Virus record (IMG/VR): IMGVR_UViG_3300023110_001306
Span: 1 to 64,000 of that record
Direction: 5' to 3' (one strand)
From: an uncultured virus (IMG/VR IMGVR_UViG_3300023110_001306)
Taxonomy: Duplodnaviria; Heunggongvirae; Uroviricota; Caudoviricetes
Length of the DNA stretch: 64,000 bases
Part shown: piece by piece, positions 28,012 to 39,188 of the stretch
Position numbering within the stretch: position 1 is the stretch's first letter
How the letters are laid out: the number at the start of each line of letters is the position of its first letter
The notes under the pieces: model-generated
Told to the model about the DNA's origin: nothing
Seen by the model: only the letters and a program-made list of their open reading frames with translations
Database searches by the model: none
Position numbers and translations under genes: made by a program

Positions 28012-30525
28012 TTAAACAATAGTTAAATTACCAAGCATGGCTGAGTGAAGTGTACATTGATATACTAGTGCTGTATCACTTGGTTCATGTGGTACTTCAA
28101 ATATTTGTGTTCCTGTTTGCGATCCGCTTACTCCTTCACTAAATGTACTACCACCATCTTCTGTTCTAATTGCAAATGGATGTGAAGAACCTGTTGTATT
28201 TTTAAAGATATATGTTGCACCTCTGTAAAGTGTTAGATTCGGATTATCAGTTGTGTTGCTTACACCCGGACCTTCAAGTCTATAAGCAGTTGTACCACTG
28301 TTTGTAACTGTATAATGATAAACTGGTCCGCCAACAGCAACCCAGTTAGTGCCATTGTAATATGTCATGTCACCTTCACTAGGACCAGTAACAACAACAC
28401 CGCCTGCAATCGCGGCATTAACTGTAATATTACCTTCAGCGTCACTAGTTGTTGAAACGTTGTTACCACCAATAATTTTAATGCTTTCTTTATTTTCAAC
28501 AGTACGCATTGTTGAATCATCTGCGCCAATAAAGAATGAATATGGTTGAGTTACTCCTTCAAATTGGGAACCGTTCCACCATTGAATTTCACCAACTGAT
28601 GAGTTATAAATTATATCACCTTTTTGTCCTACAAGAAGGTTAACACCGTCAGTATCAAAAATACCTAATCTTAATGGTGCTCTTTGAATTACAACAGCAT
28701 TCGCGGCATCTAGTATCAAGTTACTTGCACTTGTTAATGTTGGAATACCTGTGCTTGATGAAACAATCTCATCTGCTGAAATTTGTGTAGCATTAATATT
28801 TGTAACTGCAAGTGTGTTAGTGTTTGCATCAAATGTGAAGTCTGCATCACCTGCTAACGATCCGCCATCATTATATTGTACTGTTCCACTAATACCACCC
28901 GGAGTGCTTCCACCTCCTCCAGTTGATGTAATTGTAATGCTATCTGCAACATTATCAGTTGTTAGTGTAATTCCAGAACCTGCAACAAGTGTTAGTGTAT
29001 CACTAATAGAATCTGCGGAAACTGTGTTTTGTCCTGCAACAGCAAAATTAACAAACGTATTTGTGCTTGAACTTACTGAAGTCCAAGATAATGTTCCGCT
29101 ACCGTCTGTTACTAAAACTTGTCCGTTAAGTCCATCACCATTTGGTAAAATAAATGTTGTATTACCACTTAGTGTTGCCGGTGCTCTAAACGCTGAGTAG
29201 TTTTGATTATCACCAGCATAATATCTTACTTCACCTGCACTTGAAAGTTTAACATTATCATTAAATGTTACTTCGTTACTAGTACCACTTACATTTCCGT
29301 TTACAGTAATATTTGTGGTAGTAAATGTTGTTGATGTTAGTACCTGTGTTGCAAGTGTGTTTGTACTAGGATTATATGTAATACCTGCGTCAGTATGTAA
29401 TGTTTGCCCACCTGCACTACCTTGTGAAACAAAAGTTATAAACTGTGAAGTTGCAGTAGCATCAAACTGTGTGCTTACAGTTGCCGCATCTAAGTTGTTT
29501 AGTGGTCTTGGTCTCCACTCACTATTACCGCCATTCCAACTTAATACATAATTGTCTTGTGGAGCAACAGTAATAACGTTTACATCATCTAAGTCACCAA
29601 GTTCTGCAATAGAACTAGAAACTGTACCCGGTTGCCATCTTTGATTTAAGTTACTCCAGATAAGTGCTTGTCCGTTGTTTGGACTTGCCGCATCTACATC
29701 TGTTAAATCATCTAATGCACCAACAGTAATTGTAACATTACCTTGTCCATCAGTTGTAGTAGTAATACCAGTACCACCTAAGAAACTAATTGTTTCATTG
29801 CTCGAAACTGTTTTTGCTTGTCCGTCATCACCAGCAGTTGACCAACCAGCAAACGCTGAGGATTCATTTTGTAAAGGAACCCAAGAACCGCTGTGTGCAA
29901 AATATCCTTTGCCTGTTGCGTGTACATGAGCAAACATACCGTGGTATGTACTTGCATCTGGTAAATCTGCTTCTTCTGCAAATACGTTTGAGAAATAAAC
30001 TTTACCAGTTGAATTAATATCTAGTTCAGTTGTATTACCTCTGCTTAAAATACTGTTTAGTGTATCTGCTTCTGTAACAACGTTAGTTAATTTAAAGTTT
30101 CCTGAAGCATGATCGTAGTATAAAACTTTTCCATCATCTGTTGCACTAACATTATCAACATTAGATAAACTTGATAACGTAGTACCTTGGATCCGAGCAT
30201 CAACTCTAGCAGTTGAAAAATATAAGTTTGACAAGCCTTCATTAACTTGATCAGTAGTTGTACCAGCCGCTAAAAATCCTGTGTCGTTTGCAAACGCACT
30301 TAACGCTGTTGGTACAGTAGGAATAATTGGTTTGTTAGTAAGATCGTTATAGTCACCACTAAATGGATTGTTAAACGAAACTCCGTTAATTGTTACGTCA
30401 GTTGCATTAATTGATCCAACGTTAGTAACACCAGCACCACCTAGATCTAAATTATCACCTACCGGTAGTTCTTTAATTTTATTGTCATCGAGCGTGTCGA
30501 CTATAAGTGGTATTCTATTTGCCAT
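28012..30525 (-). CDS. Tail-fibre-like structural protein with a C-terminal cupredoxin-like domain
   Basis: L.DL.DV repeats and Gly/Thr-rich fibre; C-terminal HPF...YQCTLHSAM. Confidence 0.75.
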   Translation of the reverse strand: MANRIPLIVDTLDDNKIKELPVGDNLDLGGAGVTNVGSINATDVTINGVSFNNPFSGDYNDLTNKPIIPTVPTALSAFANDTGFLAAGTTTDQVNEGLSNLYFSTARVDARIQGTTLSSLSNVDNVSATDDGKVLYYDHASGNFKLTNVVTEADTLNSILSRGNTTELDINSTGKVYFSNVFAEEADLPDASTYHGMFAHVHATGKGYFAHSGSWVPLQNESSAFAGWSTAGDDGQAKTVSSNETISFLGGTGITTTTDGQGNVTITVGALDDLTDVDAASPNNGQALIWSNLNQRWQPGTVSSSIAELGDLDDVNVITVAPQDNYVLSWNGGNSEWRPRPLNNLDAATVSTQFDATATSQFITFVSQGSAGGQTLHTDAGITYNPSTNTLATQVLTSTTFTTTNITVNGNVSGTSNEVTFNDNVKLSSAGEVRYYAGDNQNYSAFRAPATLSGNTTFILPNGDGLNGQVLVTDGSGTLSWTSVSSSTNTFVNFAVAGQNTVSADSISDTLTLVAGSGITLTTDNVADSITITSTGGGGSTPGGISGTVQYNDGGSLAGDADFTFDANTNTLAVTNINATQISADEIVSSSTGIPTLTSASNLILDAANAVVIQRAPLRLGIFDTDGVNLLVGQKGDIIYNSSVGEIQWWNGSQFEGVTQPYSFFIGADDSTMRTVENKESIKIIGGNNVSTTSDAEGNITVNAAIAGGVVVTGPSEGDMTYYNGTNWVAVGGPVYHYTVTNSGTTAYRLEGPGVSNTTDNPNLTLYRGATYIFKNTTGSSHPFAIRTEDGGSTFSEGVSGSQTGTQIFEVPHEPSDTALVYQCTLHSAMLGNLTIV

Positions 30526-30551
30526 TATGTTTTCCTATACTCATATTTATT

Positions 30552-31400
30552 TTATACTGCATTTGCAATTTCTCTCCAAGCACCATTTAAGTAAACTACC
30601 ATAGTTTGAACACCATTAGTCATTGGATCCCAACCACTGCCGTCTGCTATTGCTACCATACCGTCTGCTGGTGATGTCGGAGCCGATGTTAGTACAGATA
30701 GTTTTGCTAATCCAGTTATGGAAACACCATATGATACAGTATCTAATTTAACATTATTTTGATAACGTAATTCTACACCTTGACCAACAAGAAATCTTGC
30801 AAGTGTTCCACCACTTGTTCCATCAATAACAAAAGAATCTGGTGTTCTAACATATATAAATCCTCGTGAGTTCTGTAATCTTGCATTTGCTCCGTCATGA
30901 TAAAAATCTAAGTCACTATCCGTTCCTAAAAACAAATGATCGCTATCTTGAAATATAATGTCATTTCCATTGGTATCTAAGTTTCCACCAAGTTGTGGGG
31001 TTGTGTCTGAACTTAATTCTACAGTTGTTAAATAATCAGTCCCTGCAACCGCCTGTGAAATATTACCAGCACCGTCTGCTTTTACTAATCCGTTAATAGC
31101 ACCTACAACTGGATCTGTTTCTACAACACTAATACCTGTTAGTGCTGAACCATCTATTGCAGGTAAAGCACCTGATAAGTTTGCCGCTGGAATCTTAGCA
31201 TTGATAGCATCTACAAGTAGTGTACTATCTTCTGCAAAAACATTTCCGCTAACATCTGTTGCAACGTGTCCATCTTCAAGTGCTGTAAGTTTTGTATAAA
31301 CTTCTGTAAAGTTAGTGTTTACTTTATTAAAGGCAACTCTAATTGGATCGCCATCACCCTTATTTGCACTTGACCCAATGTTTATAGTTAGTTGTGCCAT
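30552..31400 (-). CDS. Tail/baseplate protein with a gp9/gp10-like N-terminus
   Basis: INIGSSANKGDGDPIRVAFNKVNTNFTEVY; DTTPQLGGNLD. Confidence 0.75.
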   Translation of the reverse strand: MAQLTINIGSSANKGDGDPIRVAFNKVNTNFTEVYTKLTALEDGHVATDVSGNVFAEDSTLLVDAINAKIPAANLSGALPAIDGSALTGISVVETDPVVGAINGLVKADGAGNISQAVAGTDYLTTVELSSDTTPQLGGNLDTNGNDIIFQDSDHLFLGTDSDLDFYHDGANARLQNSRGFIYVRTPDSFVIDGTSGGTLARFLVGQGVELRYQNNVKLDTVSYGVSITGLAKLSVLTSAPTSPADGMVAIADGSGWDPMTNGVQTMVVYLNGAWREIANAV

Positions 31401-34400
31401 TATACTCTCCCTACCACTGCTTCAATTACGCCATGTCCGGGATCGTCTTTGGCTTCTAGTGCTTTACCAATTACAGTACCTACCTTAGCATTATTGTTTG
31501 CTATTGCAAATCCTGGAATACTTGCTGAAACTAACAAGTCTCCTTTCTTAACAATACCAACAACCTTAACTGGAGTACGTCCTTGTAAAGCAACCGCTGT
31601 AACATGATTACCTTCTAACTGGCTGTTCATTAAGTGTGCAGGATTTTCTGAAACAACGCCTGCTACCCTTGTGTCGTCTTTCATCTTAGTAGTTGTAATT
31701 TCTTCTTCACCACCAAATATTAATACAGTACCTACTTCGTAATCTGCATCTGCTAGATAGTTCTCAGCCAAGTCAGCGTATCTTGCTTGTGTTGATGTTC
31801 CATCATAAACACCTGCGTAAAGTGTATTGTATCTTAATGAAGCAGTACCAATATTGTATGTGTTATTCTGACTTGGTTCAAATCCTGATGTTGTAGTTCT
31901 AAGAACCATTTCACCATCGGAAATTAATCCAATTTGTCCTGCGGCAGTATAACCTGTATTAGCACCAACTGATATACCTGTACTTGTTGCATCAAGTTCT
32001 CCTGGTGCTTCAATAAATGAACTGTGTATCCAATCTACAGCAAGTCTACTTTCACCTGCTAGTGCAGAGTTAGTTTGGAAGAATCCTTGTGTAACACCTG
32101 TGTTACCAATATTAACGCTTCCTGGAATTTCAACTGTTGGTGTAACTGTACCTGCTGATGAAAGGAATAATGCACCACCAGGTGTAGTAAATTGAATTTC
32201 AGTACCACTAGTATCTGCAATCAAGTAACCATCAATCTTAAGTCCTTGCATATCAGCATTACCTAAGTTGTCAGTTTTAATTAATGAATTAATTGCACCA
32301 GTTGTTGTAACATTCTCTTGTACACCGCCACCTTCGTTAACGATTGTAGTAAATGGAATTTCTGTAACATCACCTGAACTTGAATCACCACTTGCTCTAC
32401 CTAGTGCAGTACCATCAGCAATATTAATAATTTTTCTGTAGTCTAATGCACCATTGTCAATAGTAATCCAGCCATTATCTGCTGTAAAGATATCACTATC
32501 GAAACTAGCAACACCTAGGTCATTTTGTGTAATGCCTGTTGCGTTTGCTCTTGTACTTGCATTGTTAAGAGCAAGTTTAGTTTGTTGAATACCTGCGGCA
32601 GAATTAACGTCTGCATCAATAATACTGTCTGGTGCAATTCTGTATTCTACAGTTGCTCCATTAGCATCTCTCGATACTACAATGTTAATATCACTTGCGG
32701 CATCTTCAACTAAGTTTGCCCATTCAAAGTGTGGACCGTCTTCCATCTGTGCCGAAACACCGCCGGTTGTTGTAATAATATCTTGAGTATTAAATGTTCC
32801 ACTTGCAGGAGTGTAAACTAACAAGTTGTAATTAACACCACCTACTGTAACATTTTCTACTGTAAGAATTGTACCAGTAGCATTTGTAAAGTTACCTGTA
32901 ATAACATCGCCTGCTTGGAAGTTACCACCAATTGCTGGTTGTGTGTAAATTCTATATTTGCCTGTTGAACCAATTAACTGATCAACATCTAAGTTGTTAA
33001 ATTCAGTATCAACTAGTTCGCCAATTGTATCACCTTCTTTAATTAATCCATCAACATAAGATTTAGTTGCGGCATCCTGAGCACCTTGTGGATCACTTAG
33101 TGATTCAATTCTGTATCCACCAGCATTCAAGTTACCTGTCATTGATGTAGTACCATCACGTGCTAGTACACCTGGACCAATAATATTTGGATTTATATTT
33201 CCACCGTGGTCAAATCCTAAACGTCTAGTAACATAACCACGCACCGCTGATTCAACTGGAACTGTATCAGTTGAGTTGTCAGTCATGCCGTCATCGGCAC
33301 TAAATTCTGCTACAACAACACCACGTTTAAATCCAATACCGTCCAAGTTACTTAATGCAATTGAAGCACTAAATGTAACTGTACCAGTACCTTGGTCAAC
33401 TGTAAAGAATCTACCTACGCGGAAGAAACCATCTTGGTCAGTTGATACGTAGAAACATCTACCTTTATCTCTTTCATCAACTTCTCTGTCTTGGTCTTTA
33501 GGTTGTGTTGCTTCACCTAGTACAACGTTCGGGAAGTTAGAAGTATTATAACCACCAGTACCAATATTTAGGAAGTCGTGTCCTGTTGCTCTACATAGTG
33601 AAATGTTAACAGTAATGTTACCACCTTCACCTGCGGCTAAACCTGCTCTTAGTGTTACGTTATTAGTTGCATTAACAACAGTACTGTTTAGACCTGTACC
33701 AGCATAACTAGCATTAACGTTTGTACCAGCAACATCAGTAATTTGAATAGTACCATAACCAACACGTTGAGTATAATTTGTAATTTGATGTAGTTTACCA
33801 TCCCAGGCAAAAATCATATCACCTGCGTTCAATCTATCAAGCACAGGTTGTGATAAGATACTAACAACAGCAATAACAACGTCACCCTGTGTAGCACCCA
33901 TTGTTGTTCCTACGCCTGCATAGGTATTAGTTGCGGCATTAGTATTATCAACAACTAGTTTAATGTATTCATATGGCGAATCAAATCTAGTAATCTTTTC
34001 TGTTCCTGGTAATGCATTACCTAACGCATCTGTTGTTCCAAATGATAATGTTCTATAAACTTTACCTGGGTTTTGGTCAAATATCAATGCTGAACTTGGT
34101 CTTGAACTTACTGACTCAACACCATCAATATGATGCGACAAGTTCATTCTAATCATACCAATTGAACCATCTACTGGAACTGCTTTAAGTCCTGTTGTAC
34201 TTGTACTATCTGTACCAGTTGTAGCAAGGTTTAATCTATAAACTGTGCCGTCAATGTATGCACTAGATTCAATCTGTCCTGTGTTTTGTACAGTTGTAAT
34301 TTCGTAACGTGTTGTTCCTAATTGTCCACCATGGTCAATTTCAACTTCTGAGTTTGCTAGTGGTACAAATGGCAATTCGTACACATACATATAAAGTTGA

Positions 34401-37400
34401 TCAAGAGCGTGTGTATAATCAGCACCGTCATCGTAAATTCTGATAGGACGTACCATGTCATGTTTAGTAGTAATAATGTCTGGTACTTCGTTTGGATCAG
34501 AGCCAGTTGCAACTAAACCGTATTCACCATATGCGTTAGAACCGTTTAGTGATCTAATTTCACCACCTTTGTCTGCGTAGTAAGCCGCTTGACAGTAGTA
34601 AGTAAATTGTGATACAAGTTCTGATAAACCAGTGTTAGTAACAACAGTACCGTAACCTAAGTCGTTAACCTGTGTAAAGTCGTTTGCCAACATTGATCTA
34701 TTACCTGGTGTTTGTAATACAATGTGTGTTGGTAGTGGTTCACTAAATCCTGCACCACTGTTTGATGTTGGATCAAGTAATAGTGTAGCAGTACCTGCCT
34801 GCTGATCGTAATTTGTAAATGAGTTAACTTGGTAACGTTTACCTTGAATATAGAACGGACAAGGAACGTTTGGTTTCTTAATTCGTAAGCCTTCGCCTAA
34901 TGCACTCTGTACGTTAATGCTGTATGCATTGTTAATGCCAGTTACAACAGTTCTCAAGTTACCAACGAAACCGTCGATAAACATACCACCAGCAAACGTT
35001 TGTTTGTTTACTGATTTACTAAACGATGTACCAGTTTGCATATAAGGTGATTTAGTAAGCACAATACCTTCTGGATCTAGTACTGCCATAAATCCACCGT
35101 GTCCAGTAACACTCATATTTCTTAAGATAGTTGTGTCGTTCATTAAGAACACATCCATCTCATCGTTGTTCTTAGGTGGATTATAATCACTATCAAATGC
35201 GTATAATATTGATGTAATAAAGTTACTTACGATTGTTTGTACTGCTGTCGAAGATGCAATAACATTAGTATTGATGTAAGTTGCAATGTGTTGCATACCA
35301 GAACGACAGTCTGCGTCAATACCTGTTTGATTCCAGAACTTGCCTTGCATAGTAAGAACATTTTCTCTACCACCTTTGCGTAAGTCTGCAACAATAGCAT
35401 CAACAATGTACCCTGTATCTCTTCTGCTCTTTGTTTCTTCAGTACCTGTTAGAACTCCAAGTGCATTAATGTGTGTAACAACAGCGTCTTGGATATCTGA
35501 TTTTGCTTCTGCAATAGCACTTGCTTCTGTATTATATCCGCCAGCATTAGTATATGAAGGACCAATGTCTGTTACAGAAGTATGATCTCTTAAGTAATGA
35601 TAACCATAACTAGTTGAATCGAGTGCAGGTAAAACAGATAGACCATTTTGAATAACATTACTAATGATACCCATTAATGTATCTACTTGTGTAGACGCCG
35701 CCGCTTCGCCGTTTGTACCAGAAATTGTTTGTGTAGTTTTAGACTGTAAAGATCCGTATGCAGTATTTGTTAAAATATAATCTGTTACTAGATCTCTTGT
35801 AAAGTCAATTGCCGCCGCAGTTTGCCCTTCTTGTCCATTAATTAAACTTGAAGTACCTTCATAATAGCGTGAAGCATTAAAATGTGTCTTTTCATTTCCA
35901 CCCCATTTTAGATCATAAATGATACCATCTAAAATAAGTCCTGTATCTCTTTCACATTTCTGTGCATCGTACGTAAACCCTGACCAAATTCCTGTGTTTA
36001 AAGATATTTGGTAATTAATCCAAGCAATAGTTTCGTCTTTAATATATTCTTTATTATCTTCTAATAGTGAAATAGCATCTGGATTGTAAGATGCTTTTAA
36101 ATCCAATCCGTCAAACTCGGGCTCTCTATAGAAGTATGTTTCTGCCCAACGTGACTGTGAAACACCATCTTTTGGTTTAACAATAACACGTCTAAATTCG
36201 TCACCTTTTAGTGAAACACCTACTGGAACTTTAATTGGGAAGTGTTCAAAGTAAGTTCCACTTTCAATGTGGATACTAATATTCTTAATTGTTAATCTAC
36301 TGCCATATTGTAATTCTTCACCAACAACAAATTCTTTTGGTTCTAATAATTCAAGTTCAATAATATCAGCAACACCAACATCACCGTCTCTGTCAACAGA
36401 CACAATTCTACCAACTGCACCTGACTGCTTACCAATAATAAGTTTACCTGGAATTAAGTCTTGGTTTGTAACAACGTTTTGATCAACATAACCTTGTCCG
36501 CCATGTGAAATGTGTATTGTCCAAGTACTACCTTCAACAAGTTGTGGAGCCGCTGTTTTATAATCAGGACCAACAATAATAGTTTTAATAATATCCCATT
36601 TAGCACCAACTGATGTTTGACCAACTAGATCGACAGTTTGGTTAGTGTCAACTTGTTGTGTATATGTAGATTGGTAAAGATTTGTTTCTAGTGTATTAGT
36701 AATAATTTTTGCGTGTAACTGTTTTGCAAAGTTAAGAGAAGCAATAGTTTCTGTTAACTGAGTTCTTCTTGCAATTTGACCACTTGCTGAACTGTAGTAT
36801 CTTAAACCAGCATTTCTACTGTGGTAGTTTGCAAGTGTGCTATCAAGAACATCAAGAACAATACCATCTGCAATAAGTCCTAGGTCTCTGCGGCATAGTT
36901 CTCTATCATATAACAACGATGGATATGTTTCATCGAGATATGCAATAGTTTCTTCAATTAAGAATTTTCTGTTTAGGTCTGTTAGAATTTTAACTTCTTC
37001 GTAACCGCTTGATGTAGTAACACCCGAATCTGTAACAAGACTTTTTCCTGCACCATTATTGTATGTAATGTCTTGTACATATGGTCCAACGCCCAATGGT
37101 GAAGTATCAATAATTTCTTCTGCTTTAGCACAGGCCGCCGCCAGTGTTTTGTAAGCATAGTTCCATGCTCTACCTTCTTGACCAACTGGAACATTAGCCA
37201 TGCTGTCGTCACCACTTGTTGCAACATATAAATTAGCAACGGATGGAAACGCACTATTGTCTACATAAAGTTTTGTAGCCGCTTGTAAATCTGTTTCACC
37301 ATTTGGTGTACCTGCACCTGCAAATGAACCTGGATGATCATGTAATGTTAATGCACCAACCATTGTGTCGCCTTGTCTACGAACAACACTTTGTCTTGGC

Positions 37401-38272
37401 ATTGCTTCTGTACTAATAAAGAAGCCTTGTAAACTTGAATCATACTCGGCATCAGTCATTGACTGCGTACCAGTACCTGTTCCTGTAGTTAAACTAATTT
37501 TAACTCTAGTTTCGTCGTCGTTATTTTGTGCTTCATCAAGAGTTGTATGAACACTTAATTGTGTGTCACTTACAAAGCGTAAGTAATATGTATTACCACT
37601 AACTAAACCAGTTGCATCAGTTCCTGTTGAATTATACTTGTATGCAATACCATTTGATGTAGAAGTAAATCCGTGTCCACCATTAACAACAATATTACCA
37701 TTTGCGTAACTGCTAATTACAAAAGTATAACTTGAAGCATCGGCAGGCTCTGTACGTACACGAACTTGTCCTTCAGCACCTGGTGACCCAGCACTTCTTA
37801 AAAATCTACTATCTGCATACCCTTTGGTAATTACAAGATCATCAATATCAAAGTTAGTACCATGTGCAGAGTTTAACGAGTTTACAGCGGCTTGTGAAAC
37901 TGCCGCGTTAGCAATAGCCTGGTTTGCCGCATTTAGAGGACCACCTAAACTTGGAACACCGTCTGTACTAACAACTGAACTTGTATTTGAAATAACAATC
38001 TGTTCTGGACTTGTTGTTTGGATTGTCATACCTTGGCCAGCAACCAAAGTCTTCATTTCAATTGCACTACCTTGTGCGTTTGCCATTGGTACTGTATATG
38101 GTGTTAATACTGACGGAACATCACTTAAACTTGTAAAGTTAATTTGTCCACCGATACCAAATACTGCGTATAGTTCTGTAAAGTTTTCGTTTACTTTATT
38201 AAACGCTTCACGTATCGCGTCACCGGTATTATCGTTACCCTCTGTACCAATGTTAATAATCTGTTTTGCCAT
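31400..38272 (-). CDS. Giant (2290 aa) tail/baseplate structural protein with a C-terminal autoproteolytic chaperone-like domain
   Basis: gp9/gp10-like N-terminus; repeated C.RD.G.I.D.I..D motifs; AATK.YVD motifs; C-terminal ADLAENY...VAGVVS.NPA...VALQGRTPVKV. Confidence 0.8.
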   Translation of the reverse strand: MAKQIINIGTEGNDNTGDAIREAFNKVNENFTELYAVFGIGGQINFTSLSDVPSVLTPYTVPMANAQGSAIEMKTLVAGQGMTIQTTSPEQIVISNTSSVVSTDGVPSLGGPLNAANQAIANAAVSQAAVNSLNSAHGTNFDIDDLVITKGYADSRFLRSAGSPGAEGQVRVRTEPADASSYTFVISSYANGNIVVNGGHGFTSTSNGIAYKYNSTGTDATGLVSGNTYYLRFVSDTQLSVHTTLDEAQNNDDETRVKISLTTGTGTGTQSMTDAEYDSSLQGFFISTEAMPRQSVVRRQGDTMVGALTLHDHPGSFAGAGTPNGETDLQAATKLYVDNSAFPSVANLYVATSGDDSMANVPVGQEGRAWNYAYKTLAAACAKAEEIIDTSPLGVGPYVQDITYNNGAGKSLVTDSGVTTSSGYEEVKILTDLNRKFLIEETIAYLDETYPSLLYDRELCRRDLGLIADGIVLDVLDSTLANYHSRNAGLRYYSSASGQIARRTQLTETIASLNFAKQLHAKIITNTLETNLYQSTYTQQVDTNQTVDLVGQTSVGAKWDIIKTIIVGPDYKTAAPQLVEGSTWTIHISHGGQGYVDQNVVTNQDLIPGKLIIGKQSGAVGRIVSVDRDGDVGVADIIELELLEPKEFVVGEELQYGSRLTIKNISIHIESGTYFEHFPIKVPVGVSLKGDEFRRVIVKPKDGVSQSRWAETYFYREPEFDGLDLKASYNPDAISLLEDNKEYIKDETIAWINYQISLNTGIWSGFTYDAQKCERDTGLILDGIIYDLKWGGNEKTHFNASRYYEGTSSLINGQEGQTAAAIDFTRDLVTDYILTNTAYGSLQSKTTQTISGTNGEAAASTQVDTLMGIISNVIQNGLSVLPALDSTSYGYHYLRDHTSVTDIGPSYTNAGGYNTEASAIAEAKSDIQDAVVTHINALGVLTGTEETKSRRDTGYIVDAIVADLRKGGRENVLTMQGKFWNQTGIDADCRSGMQHIATYINTNVIASSTAVQTIVSNFITSILYAFDSDYNPPKNNDEMDVFLMNDTTILRNMSVTGHGGFMAVLDPEGIVLTKSPYMQTGTSFSKSVNKQTFAGGMFIDGFVGNLRTVVTGINNAYSINVQSALGEGLRIKKPNVPCPFYIQGKRYQVNSFTNYDQQAGTATLLLDPTSNSGAGFSEPLPTHIVLQTPGNRSMLANDFTQVNDLGYGTVVTNTGLSELVSQFTYYCQAAYYADKGGEIRSLNGSNAYGEYGLVATGSDPNEVPDIITTKHDMVRPIRIYDDGADYTHALDQLYMYVYELPFVPLANSEVEIDHGGQLGTTRYEITTVQNTGQIESSAYIDGTVYRLNLATTGTDSTSTTGLKAVPVDGSIGMIRMNLSHHIDGVESVSSRPSSALIFDQNPGKVYRTLSFGTTDALGNALPGTEKITRFDSPYEYIKLVVDNTNAATNTYAGVGTTMGATQGDVVIAVVSILSQPVLDRLNAGDMIFAWDGKLHQITNYTQRVGYGTIQITDVAGTNVNASYAGTGLNSTVVNATNNVTLRAGLAAGEGGNITVNISLCRATGHDFLNIGTGGYNTSNFPNVVLGEATQPKDQDREVDERDKGRCFYVSTDQDGFFRVGRFFTVDQGTGTVTFSASIALSNLDGIGFKRGVVVAEFSADDGMTDNSTDTVPVESAVRGYVTRRLGFDHGGNINPNIIGPGVLARDGTTSMTGNLNAGGYRIESLSDPQGAQDAATKSYVDGLIKEGDTIGELVDTEFNNLDVDQLIGSTGKYRIYTQPAIGGNFQAGDVITGNFTNATGTILTVENVTVGGVNYNLLVYTPASGTFNTQDIITTTGGVSAQMEDGPHFEWANLVEDAASDINIVVSRDANGATVEYRIAPDSIIDADVNSAAGIQQTKLALNNASTRANATGITQNDLGVASFDSDIFTADNGWITIDNGALDYRKIINIADGTALGRASGDSSSGDVTEIPFTTIVNEGGGVQENVTTTGAINSLIKTDNLGNADMQGLKIDGYLIADTSGTEIQFTTPGGALFLSSAGTVTPTVEIPGSVNIGNTGVTQGFFQTNSALAGESRLAVDWIHSSFIEAPGELDATSTGISVGANTGYTAAGQIGLISDGEMVLRTTTSGFEPSQNNTYNIGTASLRYNTLYAGVYDGTSTQARYADLAENYLADADYEVGTVLIFGGEEEITTTKMKDDTRVAGVVSENPAHLMNSQLEGNHVTAVALQGRTPVKVVGIVKKGDLLVSASIPGFAIANNNAKVGTVIGKALEAKDDPGHGVIEAVVGRV

Positions 38273-38281
38273 TTGCTATTC

Positions 38282-38605
38282 CTAAAGTCCTATTGATTCC
38301 CCACAACCGCAACTTGATGTTGAAGCAGGATTTGTAATGTTGAAGTAAGATCCAAATAATTCTTTTTTGTAATCAACTGTTGATCCTATCAAATACATAA
38401 TACTTGTACTATCTATAGCAAACTTGCCATTTTCTAGATCAATTACTTCATCGTTATCTTCTAGCGTGTCCTCTAATGACCAATCATACATGAATCCTGC
38501 ACAGCCACCACCTTTTAAGGATAGTTTTACGGCTGGTTTTTGATGCTCTTTAAGCATACTGTTTAGATGTTCTTTTGCAGAATCAGTTAATGTTACTACT
38601 GTCAT
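38282..38605 (-). CDS. iscA: A-type Fe-S cluster carrier (HesB/IscA/SufA family)
   Basis: GGGCAGFMY and NPASTSSCGCGES motifs. Confidence 0.9.
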   Translation of the reverse strand: MTVVTLTDSAKEHLNSMLKEHQKPAVKLSLKGGGCAGFMYDWSLEDTLEDNDEVIDLENGKFAIDSTSIMYLIGSTVDYKKELFGSYFNITNPASTSSCGCGESIGL

Positions 38606-38673
38606 TTTTAAAACCTCTCATTGTTATTTACCTTTATTTCTATAATCTTAATGTAATTATAAATATATGTGTT

Positions 38674-38964
38674 ATGTTTTTAAGAACCGAGCAAAAAATT
38701 CAGTACTACCTACGTAAAGGTAAGAAGGGTCAGCACCATCCTTATAAACGTAAGAAGACGATTGTGTTCTTCGAATGTGATAATTGTCACGAAGAATTTA
38801 CCCGTGACAAAGGACAAGTAGATCCTAAACGTTTAAATGATGATTATTCACACGTTTGCCCTAAGTGTGATCCTAAAAGATTTGCACAGAAAAAAGGTGT
38901 GCAACAACGAAAGAAATTAAACTTGCCTGTAGATAGTATGGACGTTGACATTAGCAGTCTATAA
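38674..38964 (+). CDS. Zinc-ribbon protein
   Basis: CDNC...CPKC; start MFLRTEQ 8 nt after TATAAATA (38658-38665). Confidence 0.65.
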   Translation: MFLRTEQKIQYYLRKGKKGQHHPYKRKKTIVFFECDNCHEEFTRDKGQVDPKRLNDDYSHVCPKCDPKRFAQKKGVQQRKKLNLPVDSMDVDISSL

Positions 38965-38992
38965 CTTTTTAATGCCAACTCCATTTAACTAA

Positions 38993-39157
38993 TTATTCGG
39001 ACTTCCAAATAGTCCAAGCACCGTATGCGATTGCCCCGTATGCGAATAGAGCCGCGATAGGTTTAAAAATAAGAAAAGTTAGTCCGGCTACTACTAATAC
39101 TACACCGTCTAATGTTGTACGCTCTTTTAAACGAGCATTAATCCATTTTTGTAACAT
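38993..39157 (-). CDS. 54-aa membrane protein (not in the ORF track)
   Basis: MLQKWINARLKERTTLDGVVLVVAG...YGAWTIWKSE; SD AGGAG; TATAAATA at 39181-39188. Confidence 0.65.
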   Translation of the reverse strand: MLQKWINARLKERTTLDGVVLVVAGLTFLIFKPIAALFAYGAIAYGAWTIWKSE

Positions 39158-39188
39158 AAGTATCTCCTTTTGTGTAGAAATATTTATA

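Noticed and set aside
38575..38673. N-terminal extension of the zinc-ribbon ORF
   Set aside because: It spans the divergent promoter region and the iscA start; the ATG at 38674 after TATAAATA is more plausible.
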